A DNA stretch of 64,000 nucleotides from Lingula anatina. Lineage: Eukaryota > Animalia > Brachiopoda. Position numbers and translations under genes: made by a program. Of this stretch, positions 48,573 to 60,420 are shown one piece after another. Within the stretch, counting starts at the first letter, position 1; every line of letters begins with the position of its first letter. The stretch spans positions 13,144,001 to 13,208,000 of the forward strand of contig CM120641.1 of NCBI GenBank assembly GCA_051362555.1. The letters are read 5' to 3'. Below the pieces are notes generated by a model that was not told where the DNA came from, did no database searches, and worked only from the letters and a program-made list of their open reading frames with translations.

Positions 48573-48810
48573 GTGCTGATTAATTATTCATTCTCATTAT
48601 AGCTATAGTTCGGTTTCCCAGAGGCTGGCAAACAGGAAGCTGCTAATTGTGACGATGTGAATGAGATTAGAATAATCAATACTAGGCTGCATTTACAATA
48701 GGGCTTGTGAAGTGGGCTTAAATCGACTTAAATCGACTTAGAACCGTTTTGATGCATGTCAGAAGATGCGCATTACGATGTTTAAGCCACTTTCGACTCA
48801 CTGCATGTTA

Positions 48811-49610
48811 CAGAGGGGTGACAAAAGTATTGACCATATATGTGAATAGTGCACTATGTGACCTGGGGGGAGGGGGCGTTCTTAAAAATTGATTCGCTCG
48901 CGTAACCAGTGGTGAATTTTCATCCATGTGCACTATAGAGGGTGTCATCGAATGTTTAACGCCCTTTTGGCTGTCAAGTTTCTACCATATTGAATGTGCG
49001 GGAGCTCACAAATGAAGAAATAAAATTAGTTCTATCTCCGACGGAGGAGGGTATAGATGTCCAAAATATCTGCTAGATATGGTGTGTCTGTTCAGACTGT
49101 ATGCGGGATTTGTAGAAGGATGGAGTACAGTGGCGATACCCATAAAGCACCACGTAGTGACCGCCCAAGGAAGATTAGTGCCAGAGACGACAGGCGTTTT
49201 TAACCATCGGTAGAAAACATCTTTTGGAACAGATATGCCAGGGCTGTAAGAGAGTGGTTTTACCGCCATGACATCAAGAGAAAAGAATCCTGCTCAATCA
49301 CCAGAAAAGAATCCTCATTGAAAACCTGTGAAATTAGATTGGAAATCAAATGGCAAAGGACTGTCCATTTACTAAAAATGCTCTATTGCGTGGTATCTTT
49401 AGAGCCTGAGTCAACATAGCCCCCAGAAGATAACTGAGATTGAAAACACGCGCCCTTCCTACAAAAGGTTAATACTGACAAAACAGCGTGTGTTGTGAAA
49501 GGGCAAAGCAATTTTCTATAAACGTGTAGTAAAGATCATAACTTGAAAAACCTAACAATCCACCTGTTGTTCACCTTCAAGCCAAATGGTGCAATAATTT
49601 GTCACCCCTG
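48811..49610 (+). mobile_element. Internally deleted Tc1-type element, same family as 6008-7387, opposite orientation
   Basis: TA|CAGAGGGGTGACAAAAGTATTGACCA...TGGTGCAATAATTTGTCACCCCTG; interior is the reverse complement of both ends of the intronic copies (e.g. GTGCCAGAGACGACAGGCGT, CAATCACCAGA). Confidence 0.8.
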
Positions 49611-50718
49611 TGAACAAAGGGCGTGTCTGTAACACAGTCCATCTAAAACCTTATTCATATTAACTTATGGATCCATTTAGAACCAATATGAAAAAGACTA
49701 CTGTGGACAATGCCTTATTATAATATGCGTCATTAGGATAACTATATGGCTTACTTGCTAATTCTAGAGACACGCACTTTAAGTTAGAATAATGTGAGCC
49801 TAATCTAAAGGTTTTCATGAATTGGAAAAAAACGTTCACGACACACAAACTATAAAAACGGTAAGGAGCTGTTGTCATTATCAGTCTCCTTGAATATGAT
49901 TTTCGTAGCCATTAAAAGTTGTTAGCATTCGTGGTTGGTATGAACAATATAATGGCCAATGATGGAAATTGGTAAAAACATCTCTGTTCTATCGGGGTTA
50001 TCAGTGTTTTAAGCAATGGTACCAGTACTCACTAATGCACTAATGCACTAATACAGTGTGTTGTTTGGAAGATGACCTATGTACAGCTACCAGGATCGTA
50101 GGCAAAACGATTGGTTGGAGGTAAAGCTGTTGAAGTTCATGGTTGGAAAAGGCAAACACCCCAGAAAGATTTTTCAAAAATTCTATTTTCAAAAACACCT
50201 TCCCTGGGATCAACAGATTTTTATCCCAAAGATGCATGCCTATAGATATATGTACAATAGATAGTTTACATGTATAAAACTATCCATACAGCGCTAATAT
50301 CAGAAACATTTTACTGGTCATTCTATCATCCAGCTGTGTTCCAACTTCGACAAACCAAACAGCTGTGATTGATTTGATCGGAGCGGTGTGAAGTCTCTAT
50401 TCATTTACTGACGATTCGTTGTTATTGAGAACGACTAGTATAACAGGACAGATACACGAAAACTTCACGCAAAAATTAATTAATCAACACATTTTCTCTT
50501 GAATTAAAATTTTATTCAAATCGACTAAAACATATTTGCGGCGATACGTTTATTACTTTCAGTTAAGAAGTCATTGACCTCTTTTTAAGACCACAACCCA
50601 CCACGGAAGACAAGAAAACTAGCCAGCTATTGTAATCTATTAAAATATTTTCATCTACTCAATATTGACTTAGGCCTCCTTGGGTGTTGGACCATTTCGT
50701 CATCGATCTGGGTTTTAG

Positions 50719-50792
50719 TCAATCTATCTTGAGTGTCAGCTGTCGCCTTTTGGCTATGGGTTTAGGGCTCTAGAAAAAAAATCGTTTTAACA

Positions 50793-50853
<61 letters not shown>

Positions 50854-52223
50854 ACCGAAAAAATATATATACTGTATCGATATCTTAAACTGTATATGTA
50901 TGTAATGTATGTGTATGTGCATTTATTTATTAATATGAACTGGTAGAAAATATGCAACATAATACTTCACTGGTAGATGCGGCTCTGGTGCTGGCATTGC
51001 TATCACCCGTTTAGACGGTGTCTTGCTTTGAGACAATTCATTGCCAGTGTACTTGGGCTCTGCCTCGGGCGCCAAATTCAAAAGCAATAGGAAACCAATA
51101 AATACGACGGAGGTTGAAACGTTCGCCTAGAAATTAATGTATTTAAAACGAATGCAGACATATCTATGCATCTTTTTAAAATATATTATATAATAAAAGT
51201 TAGCCCAAACAAAATCAACATAATTGAACTCATTGCCAATCAAATGCCTAATAATCCCAGTACCTCATTTTTTTTATTCAGTTTTCAATAAGAAATCAAG
51301 GTATTGGCCTAAAAGGTATCTATATGAGATTTTTTTGCGCAAAATCTAAATTTTCTCAAAAACAAAAATCCTCTTACTCAAGAATCATTGCTCTACCTGT
51401 CCTTGCTCTTGAATTCGATATTTTGTATCGAATATCGTGATTCATTCAGGACCCATTGCCTGCCTGACATTTCAGAAGGAAATAACGATATCGATATCAA
51501 GTGCTTTTATTTGAAAGGTTGTTAAATTTTAAAGGTACGTACGAACAGAGCATCGGTGGAGCGTGGATTCCCAGTAACACATACAAACCACTTCTACTAG
51601 TTTCTTATACGACTTGAATAAATTTGACATGCGAAGGGATAAACTAAATAGATCACTCGATCAGCCGTAAAAGAGCTTAAAGGACTGCATGCTCCTTTAT
51701 TTAAATTTTTGGTCAAAAATTTAACCTACTTTCGGGACCTACTTTTCTGCCCCATTGACATACAGCATAGAATACTAGCAGAAAAATCAGTTCAAACATC
51801 ATTTTCAGGTAAAATTAAACAATGCCTTTTGGTAATTCTCTTAGTTATACTACTTACTATACATGTATGCTGGCATTTGGTTGGCTTTTGTGGCAAAAAG
51901 TTGACTTGATATGCATCTTTAAGCTCTGAATTGGACAGATAAGTAGCTTTTCAAGATACGTAAACATACAAAATTGACTGGAGGAAATTTTGAAACGTGT
52001 ATGGTATACCTTTAAACTATCCCTTCACCCTCTACAAGTATGGGATATATGTACATGAAAGCAAAAGTGTTTTGTAAAGGGAGGAAGGGACAGAATTCAT
52101 GGATGGTTTCGCCTAGAAAGGTACGGAGAATACATATAGCTCATATCTCCCTTGCGCATTCTGCCTGATGGAATCCACAGTTCTGATTACAGGGAAATAA
52201 CATATTCATTTCCTTACCTTCAT
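50719..52223 (-). CDS. Unrecognised small secreted peptide precursor (about 60-70 aa), three exons
   Basis: Exon 1 ends ATG AAG|GTAAGG (52218-52223); exon 2 starts at 51126 after TTTCTAG, giving MK-ANVSTSVVFIGFLLLLNLAPEAEP-KYTGNELSQSKTPS-KR-VIAMPAPEPHLP; exon 3 starts at 50769 after TTTTTTTTCTAG; minus-strand TATATAAA at 52343-52350 and AATAAA at 50511-50516. Exon 2 donor is weak and ambiguous, so the C-terminus is uncertain. Confidence 0.55.
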
Positions 52224-52342
52224 TTCGGTATTCCCCTTTCTGTCGCAATTCACAGCACGCCTAAGCGCTTGCTAAGCATATGGCTATATGCTGGTACAAA
52301 CGTGTATTCAATTATTCTCCATGTATTTATACCGGTGACACA

Positions 52343-52356
52343 TTTATATAGCGTCA
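52343..52356 (-). promoter_or_regulatory. TATA box with abutting CRE half-site upstream of the small peptide gene
   Basis: Minus strand reads TGACGC-TATATAAA, about 120 nt upstream of the predicted ATG; a second TATAAATA lies about 20 nt closer to the ATG. Confidence 0.45.
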
Positions 52357-53255
52357 CTGGTTATTGCTGTGTAGGACTATAGTACATGTACCATACAAGT
52401 AGGTTAATACAGATGGTCTTGTTAGCTTCCCTTTTTAATTATTTTGTAGGGGTAGACTGACTCGTCAGACTCTTCAGATTTTGCTTGATGAATACATTCT
52501 TGTTACAATGATGAAACATTAAAAAAAACTGCAGATGCCGTCGCGCGCACTTTTAACGAAACCATTGATTTGTATAATTTTTGCATATTTCACCATTTTA
52601 GCAAGAATGTATCTAAAATAAAAAATTCATTTTCGGTACCTCTATTTTTTCTCCTTTTTACCTAAGACGTATCACAAAATCTCATCGTCGTTTGAGAACA
52701 CCAGAGAGGTTTAAATCAAATGAGAAACAATCGCAACCCTCTGTCGCAACAAAAGCAATCGCATCTTGCAAGCACATGGAATACCACAGCTATTATTCGG
52801 TTAGGGTTGAATTGGCAGGAGAGCTGACATAAGCCTATATACCTGCCCGTGACAATGAGACATAATATTGTGATTAATTCAGCGTCACATTTTTTAATTC
52901 GAAATGAGTGGAAATATGAAATTATGCACCGAACTAGCTGCCAAGACCCGCCCATACATATTGAGAGCTCAATAGACGCAAGCTCGCAATGCCTTTCACA
53001 CAAAGACGCACATACACATACATATATACTTGCACGCAAGTAGACATGCACTCACAAACTTACAATTCAGGAAATTTCGGGGGGTGGGGGAAGAATTTGG
53101 GGCGCATTTTTCAACTAATGTCCACACGTCCCTTGGTAATGCAGCCTCAGAAGAACCAGAGTCTCATACAACTCCTTAAAAGAGCTAAGGAACACAGGCG
53201 ACGGTCGCGTAGATGCGAACTCGATATATATATACTTAACCAAGTGCATATCGGG

Positions 53256-53869
53256 CACCCTGAGCTTCAGAGCTAACTTGACACTAACCTTTTCACTGTA
53301 GCCTATCTCCATCGTGTCAAGTAACCTCTGACCAGATTCGAGTGCCCCCGCCGCCCGCCAATCAAATTTAAATCCCGCACTCAATGACTCATTGAACGAT
53401 CTAGCCAATGAACGCGAACGAGTCAAAGCGCGCTTTGGTCAAATCCGGACCAATCAAAGATAAGGCTGAATATCAGGGACTTGCCGTAACCTGTGGGCAG
53501 CACGCAAAATACATCATCCCTCAGTAGATAATGATGCAGGGCATCATACTGCTCTGGTTTCAATTCCGATAATCTCCATGCTTTCTTTGTGTACGGTTAT
53601 GCACTCGGAACCACTCGGAACTACTCGGATGTCTCCGCACTCGACACTAACTATGTTGTTAGTATGGAGCTTGCGGAATCAGCCGAGGATTGCCGATTGA
53701 CGATCAACCAATCAGCGTTTTCACCAAACTTTGGTGAAAAATTTTGAAACATGGATTCGATTGGCTTATATAAAATAGGTCAAACTATTTTCGTCAGAGG
53801 TTACTTGACACGATGGAGATAGGCTACAGTGAAAAGGTTAATGTCAAGTTAGCTCTGAAGCTCAGGGTG
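53256..53869. mobile_element. 614-bp non-autonomous DNA transposon, 77-bp TIRs, 8-bp TSD (hAT- or P-like)
   Basis: ATATCGGG|CACCCTGAGCTTCAGAGCTAACTTGACA...TGTCAAGTTAGCTCTGAAGCTCAGGGTG|ATATCGGG; one mismatch across the TIRs, so young. Confidence 0.9.
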
Positions 53870-53882
53870 ATATCGGGTCTAT

Positions 53883-54106
53883 GGGTGCATTCCCAGAGAT
53901 TTAGATCGATCCAGAGATTTAGATTAAGATCGACCTAATTCCCGGGGGTTCACGCTAAATTGCAGTCAGCCGAGCGCGCACCATAGTTAATTACCCCCTT
54001 ACAGCTTTCAGTAGGCGGGACAGACGCTTAAGCCGGATAAGCTGACAGTAATCTAGTGAGACTCCCCACAGGGATAGATCGATCTAAAATCTATGGAAAT
54101 GGGGTC
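53883..54106. mobile_element. Second copy of the 6115-6329 MITE family
   Basis: GGGTGCATTCCCAGAG...CTATGGAAATGGGGTC; core matches the reverse complement of the 6115-6329 core. Confidence 0.85.
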
Positions 54107-57100
54107 TACGTTTAGTTCACTTTACTGTTATCTGGTTTTATCAACACCTGCATCACCCCAACTTAAAGGCACTAAAAAAGATAACTGACTATCAGTTATA
54201 GGGTAGTCCTGACATCTTCAGGTCATTTATTTACCGCATTTCACAAAAGAAGTTTTCACAAAAGAAGTTTTCAGCACAACTTTTTTTTTTTAGTTTAGTT
54301 TCAACGGAAATAACATACAGTTGTCGACACCCCACGATACACTGAACCTACAGGACATGATAAACTGAGATGCTTTCATCCCGGCAAAAATCATCAGATA
54401 CCGGTAAGGCTATTTATGCAAGGGTCACTTTTGACCGAGAGATGCGCCGTGGGTGGGATTCGATATTAAACAGAGGCAGGGCACTTGGAGAAAAGAGACA
54501 ATTAATAGCGATAAGACCCTCCTAGCGCACAATGAGTGAATTATGTAACGTCTTCCAAATGATCTGAAAGACCTGTATTCAGTCCTCTATTGATTTTGAA
54601 ACACTAATATGAATCAAAGTCATACCTGATGGAAAATACGAAAACTAAACTGCAGGTGTTCTGTTTGACGTGATAGCAATTGATTAATATGACGCCAAGT
54701 AGAACGCTTTAAACTTAGTTTACCTCTATGGATCCACTGTTACCTGTCCCTTTCCTACCGATTTTGACCAAAACGCATTAAAATAACCTTGCATAACTGC
54801 ATTCATCATCGAACAAAATGTAATGGGTCTCGTGCGTAATGTCACTAGTTATTCAATATATGTTAACCGAAGCCTTTAACTTGGATCCACTGAATATGAT
54901 TAATTCTGTCGATGGACGCAAAGTCCTGTAAAAGAATCACTTCCTAAAAAAAATTATGGCCAATGTGTATTTTTCATGTGATACTAGTAGTTTTCGATTC
55001 CATACCGGATATTTTTGGACGGGTTAATTTTGAAAAATTGAATTAAAACTCTTTAACTGCACAGGCAAATGACAAGCCTCTGTATTGAAAAAAAAATTCC
55101 AAAAAGTTGTTTGTTGTTCGATGGACAGTTACACAACTTTTTGGAGCGAGAGTACAAAAACACTCCTTAAATGACACACCTCTTAAATCTACTCATCTGA
55201 AGTTTGAATAGTAATGTACACTTCCTACTTAGTTTTCTCCCCGTTTTAAGATCAAAGGATTAGTTGAGACTTGGATCAAGGTTGAGGTAAAAATGTCTGC
55301 TCTCACGATATCCACTTTTTGTCAAAGTGATTACGACCCACAACAAAAGTGGACATTTTTAAAATTAATTACCTGTTATTTACTTGAAACTGCTCAAATC
55401 TAGTTTGAGCCATGTTTAATTAATTGTGTGTGTTTTTTTTAAGTCGAGTCATCAGTGGCTTACTTTGAATGATATATGTTGGTGTGTGGTTGTGTGCCCT
55501 AGTAAAAAGTATTGCAAAGCAAAATACTGTACCAACAAAAAGAGTGGAACTTTTCCAAAAAGTTATCATGGTAAAGGCAATATACATGTGTAATAGGAAA
55601 TACCCAAGCATACATCAGCGCATACATCAGCAATACCGCTGCTTCTTTTGAGCCTTCTTACGGCTAAATCCAGGTGATTACACAATCATCTGAATGGAGG
55701 GGCCATCAAACATCTGAAAAGACGGAATCATCGACCTACCTACAGTATATGCCTTATATACATTTACTGAAACGGCGTTCAGATGTGCTGCTAGAGCTCA
55801 CTCCCAAAAACCGTTACAAATCTATGTTTCAATAGGATCCGTGGTTTTACAATATCTGTTAATTACAATATGTATTATTTCATCATCATCATCATCATCA
55901 TCAGCTGTCATTATGTATATAGGCATAATCCTTGCCAAATAATGCACAGGAAATTTGTGATTATTTCAACCCAGCATGCAGCTTTAGAAATGTTTCTGTT
56001 ATGTATAACGTGTATATATCTTTATTTACAGTATTCCTGCTCCATTATATAACATACACACTATAGTTCGGAGTGGATTTACAGCCTGCATACGTTTACC
56101 TCGATAAAAGTTGGCTATACGATCTTTGCCCGGTCATTATGCATCTGTAGAATCCTGAAACGATCTCACTTCCCTGGGGAGCATGCAACCCAGGCAGCAT
56201 GTGTTGTGCTAGCAAATTATCAAATACATTACCAGCACTACATGTAGACTACCATGACCAGCCAATATGTGATTCATATTTTCATACTGTTATATTCATA
56301 TCAGATGTCAAGATGAGATGTTGTCCAAACAACAACCAAGTATAAGGTTGCATTTCCCTTGAACGCTAGCAGGTACCTAGAAATGAGCTCAACGATGTGA
56401 AAATATATTTCTTGTATTATTTTTCAAAGGGAACCCCTTTGAGAAGATGGACACCCTCTCATCCGATTAGAAATAAATGCTCTTATAATTATTTTTGCAG
56501 CGTTCATCAAACGGGTTGATAAGTGAAAACGACGCGGATCAGATTAACAAGTGCCTGGCCAGGCGTTTTTTTCCATCTGCTTGTACTTCTTTGGTGTGTG
56601 ACCAAACGGATCGATCAAAAGCGTTCACTCAGTACACTCAGCAGGCCAAAGCCTCGTTTTCAGTACTAGAAACCCTACCATCTGGCTGAAAACGAGGCAT
56701 CGCTGGGAAAAGAGAAATTTACATCCGTAAATAGGGAGGGCTCTGGAAACATCCGAACATTCAACCAAGTTTACGCAAAGAAGCGTTGCATCTCGTTTAA
56801 ATCCAACATGTAGGTTTTTGAAAAGCCCCGTTTTGCTTCAAGGACATGAGAGGAAAAACGCAGAGATTGCCGGGAATTTGAAATAGCCTTTTGCATTGGT
56901 GCACCACCCACCACCGTGTATCGTCTGCAGGCAACCCCGTCGTCAAGTCCAACTGCAATCCACCACTGCAAGTTAGTATTTTGTTAATACAATTATTTAT
57001 GCATTTATGACATCAATAGGCCAACAAGCAGGGTTTGTGGCAAAATTTTATGCCTCAAGTAGCAGAAGCAGAGTCCTTAAGTTAATAGCTAGCTTAACCG

Positions 57101-58870
57101 TACTTGTAAAACGGGCACTACACGTACACCCACAGGTACAGTGAATTATTAATGTTTATATTCCTGGCCTGTCTTAATTCCACGTCATTCTTCGTTACAG
57201 TACAGTGAATATCAACTCCGACTGCACTGGTGTTTTTATTTACACTATAGGCAGGCGGTCAGGCTACGCGTTTTGCTGGTAAAGGTCATGCTTCATTTGT
57301 TAATGATTATACCCATGCTCATTGGGTTGAAACGGTCTTTTAAATGTTGAAGTTGATAAATCGCCTTTGAAGCAGCAAAGCAATATCAAACAGAATGCCA
57401 TGTACTGACTTGATATGTGACCTGTAATCAAGCAAACAACACTGGCGGAATCCCACTACAGAATGTGTTTCTGCCAACTACATGTACTGTACATGTTTGG
57501 GTGCAAGTTGAATTATTTATATGTGAAGGAAGGGCCTATTATATCTACATAGTGTCACGATCCATCTAACTGAACCGCAAAACACATACCGACCATTAAT
57601 TAGAACCTTAACGATATTCATCTGCGACAAGTGACAATAAATCGTGTATTAGTAGCTAAACAGCAATGAAATTAATGTATCTGTTTTATGCAGGGATCGG
57701 TGTGTAATGTATTAAGACTGATATTCATAGTAATAATCTTGTTGTAAATTCAACATGTGTTTTGAGCGATAACTTAAATGTTTTGAAAATGCCTTCCGGA
57801 GATTTATATGGATAATAACAAAACATGCATATAAAAGACCGAGGTCGACTTTGTGATATTTTATATACAGTTATATATTCTTTTCATAGACAGATTCGAA
57901 GGACACACAAACAGAGAGACACTTGTAGTGCAGTCAAAAGTACATGTTACGTACTAACTTATTATTGATCATACTACGTTTAAGATGTCAAAATGAGATC
58001 AGGATAATTTTGTTTATTCATTCTTATATATTGTAAACACAGATACAAATATAAGCCTTGAAATAGCAACCAAAATTCAGCTATCCTTAGAAAAGGCAAA
58101 GTAGCGAATTGTTGAGCCCCCCATGCTTGATCTCCCACCAGTAACTCGGTAAACATGAAATGTAAGTCATAACGATAATCAATAAAATATTACCACGTGT
58201 CAACATATATTTCTGGCTGTCTTTAACATCGTCGTTGTAATGAGCACTTGTTCAGCCCCTGTTCAACCCTGGTGTAAAACACATTAGCTTGTACATGTAT
58301 GTTTCCTATACTCAACTAAGGCCGAGGAGTGAGGGTCCTCATATTACTCTGCCCAGGCACACTATATATATGATACTAATTAGTAAAATTTGCAATATGA
58401 TACCCTTAGCGTTAGCAATAAAATGTGACTAACAATATAATAAGGTGACTTGATAATGTCATGAATATTTTTCTCTTCTGTATAAATGTGCGGTTCTAAG
58501 GATAAGATATGCTGTTGTTCCTCACGTTTTCATTGAATTTTAGTTGTATGCAATTTAGATTTTCACTTTTCATTTTTTTAAAGATGTGCAGATATCATAT
58601 TGGATTCAGACCTGGATCCGATACTTGGGACCGTTTTATCTCCCTGTGTTACTAGTATACAGTACACACATCTCTGACTACACACACACACACACTGCAT
58701 GGTCTGTATGAAGCAAGACTATTTTCCACCTTTCTTACAAATAGCTCTGGTGAAGATATAGGCCTACCTTGGTAAGTGTTAACTGAAATCATTTTTTCTA
58801 TTTCGTTTTCTGTGTGCTCGCATTAGATGAAGGCACTACCTGTCAAAAAGATCGTGCCCCCCCCCCAACT

Positions 58871-58874
<4 letters not shown>

Positions 58875-58906
<32 letters not shown>

Positions 58907-58915
58907 CTCTCTCTG

Positions 58916-58955
<40 letters not shown>
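58875..58955. repeat. Compound (CT)n-(CA)n microsatellite
   Basis: Direct reading. Confidence 0.95.
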
Positions 58956-58957
<2 letters not shown>

Positions 58958-60420
58958 TCACACTTACGGTCACACTGGTCTGTGAACGTCTACGAGGGGT
59001 GAAATATGTGGGGGATATGTCCTTTATAATAAAAAGCAATGCAGAGTACTTATATACACCGTTTTTATCGATCCTTCTGTTTACTACATTACTTGAAACT
59101 AGTTCGTATACTGTACGTTCAGAGCATCACTCATGCTCAGTTTATGCTTTCTTAGCTCCAGCGCGAATTTAATCGATTAAAATGTACAGAAGAAAGTACT
59201 ATTCTTCATAAAGTTTATTGAGGCCCGCACGTCTTTTACATGTATTATGTAGGTTTTGTAACATCCTTTCAAGCAGAAACACAACCATGGTTCAGAAGGT
59301 CAATCTGACCTATGGCGAATAAAAGATGTTAATTTAATAATACGAAAGCCGCAAAACAGCTTAATTATCCAAGGGTCGACATACCGGTTAAAACTAGTTC
59401 AAACTCACATGTACTTTAAACATTAAAAAGGAATTGAGGAAACAGTTAGTTATTTATTAGACCATCTCTTGTACTGGACACTTACGTATTTATTCCAAAG
59501 TGGATCAAAGAGAAAAATACTACAACGACATCTCCAAATGCTTAGTTATTTACTATACGCTAAGGCTCGCAGCTAAAAACACGGCATTCACGGGCGTCTA
59601 TGTGGTGGAATGCAGATCCATTAGTACAAGTACATGAACATTTTATTTATATTAGTAGGGACAGTGTGAGCGGACTGCTTAGAACCAGTCCGACACGGTT
59701 TGATATTGAGGGCTACACTTGTTTATATTCCTTAGCAGACCGAGTAATTGGCAAACATGGTCAAGCCCTTTTATTTTTTCAATTTATCAAACCTTTATGG
59801 AGAGCACAGTTGACAATACCCATTCTAGCAATATTAATGAGTAAGGTTAGTTTCTGAACTCCCAGCCCACTTTGAATGCTCATATTGATATTTAAATCGT
59901 AAATTGTCAGCTGTAAGTTTTGTCGTGGTCTTTGAATAAGCAAAATATCAGGGCATTGCATCTTTTAGACATTTCGCAGTAGTAATTAAGAAGCTTATTT
60001 TTCGTTCTACGCCGCGGCAACGTAAACAAAAATAAAAAGTAAAAAGCAAGTGTTGTGTGGGTTTCGGATCAGTCTAATTGTGAGTCTGATTGTGAGTTTT
60101 GTGTGTGGTGTTGTGACTCTTACACGCTTCCGTACAAAACATAGCCGTATATATATCCACCAATGCCTACGCTACTTTGATGTAACACGACTTCGTGAGG
60201 GAGGGAGTGTGTTAGATGTGACTTTCGCTTGCCTCAGAGTATGTCCTTAAACCCCCTTCATCCCCTTATATGTTATTTTTTGCCTAGGCCAAACGTTGAG
60301 TAAAAATTATTTGAGTAAATACCAATAAATTTCAACAACTGAATTAGCGAAACGTATTGGTCCTGTTTTTGCACTCGGTATCACGGTTAGTGGACGGTCT
60401 TCGTAATTGAAAACCACTTT

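Noticed and set aside
51533-52011. Possible nested TTAA-flanked MITE relics in intron 1 of the small peptide gene
   Set aside because: Inverted ends match over only about 5-6 bp; too weak to call without a family consensus.
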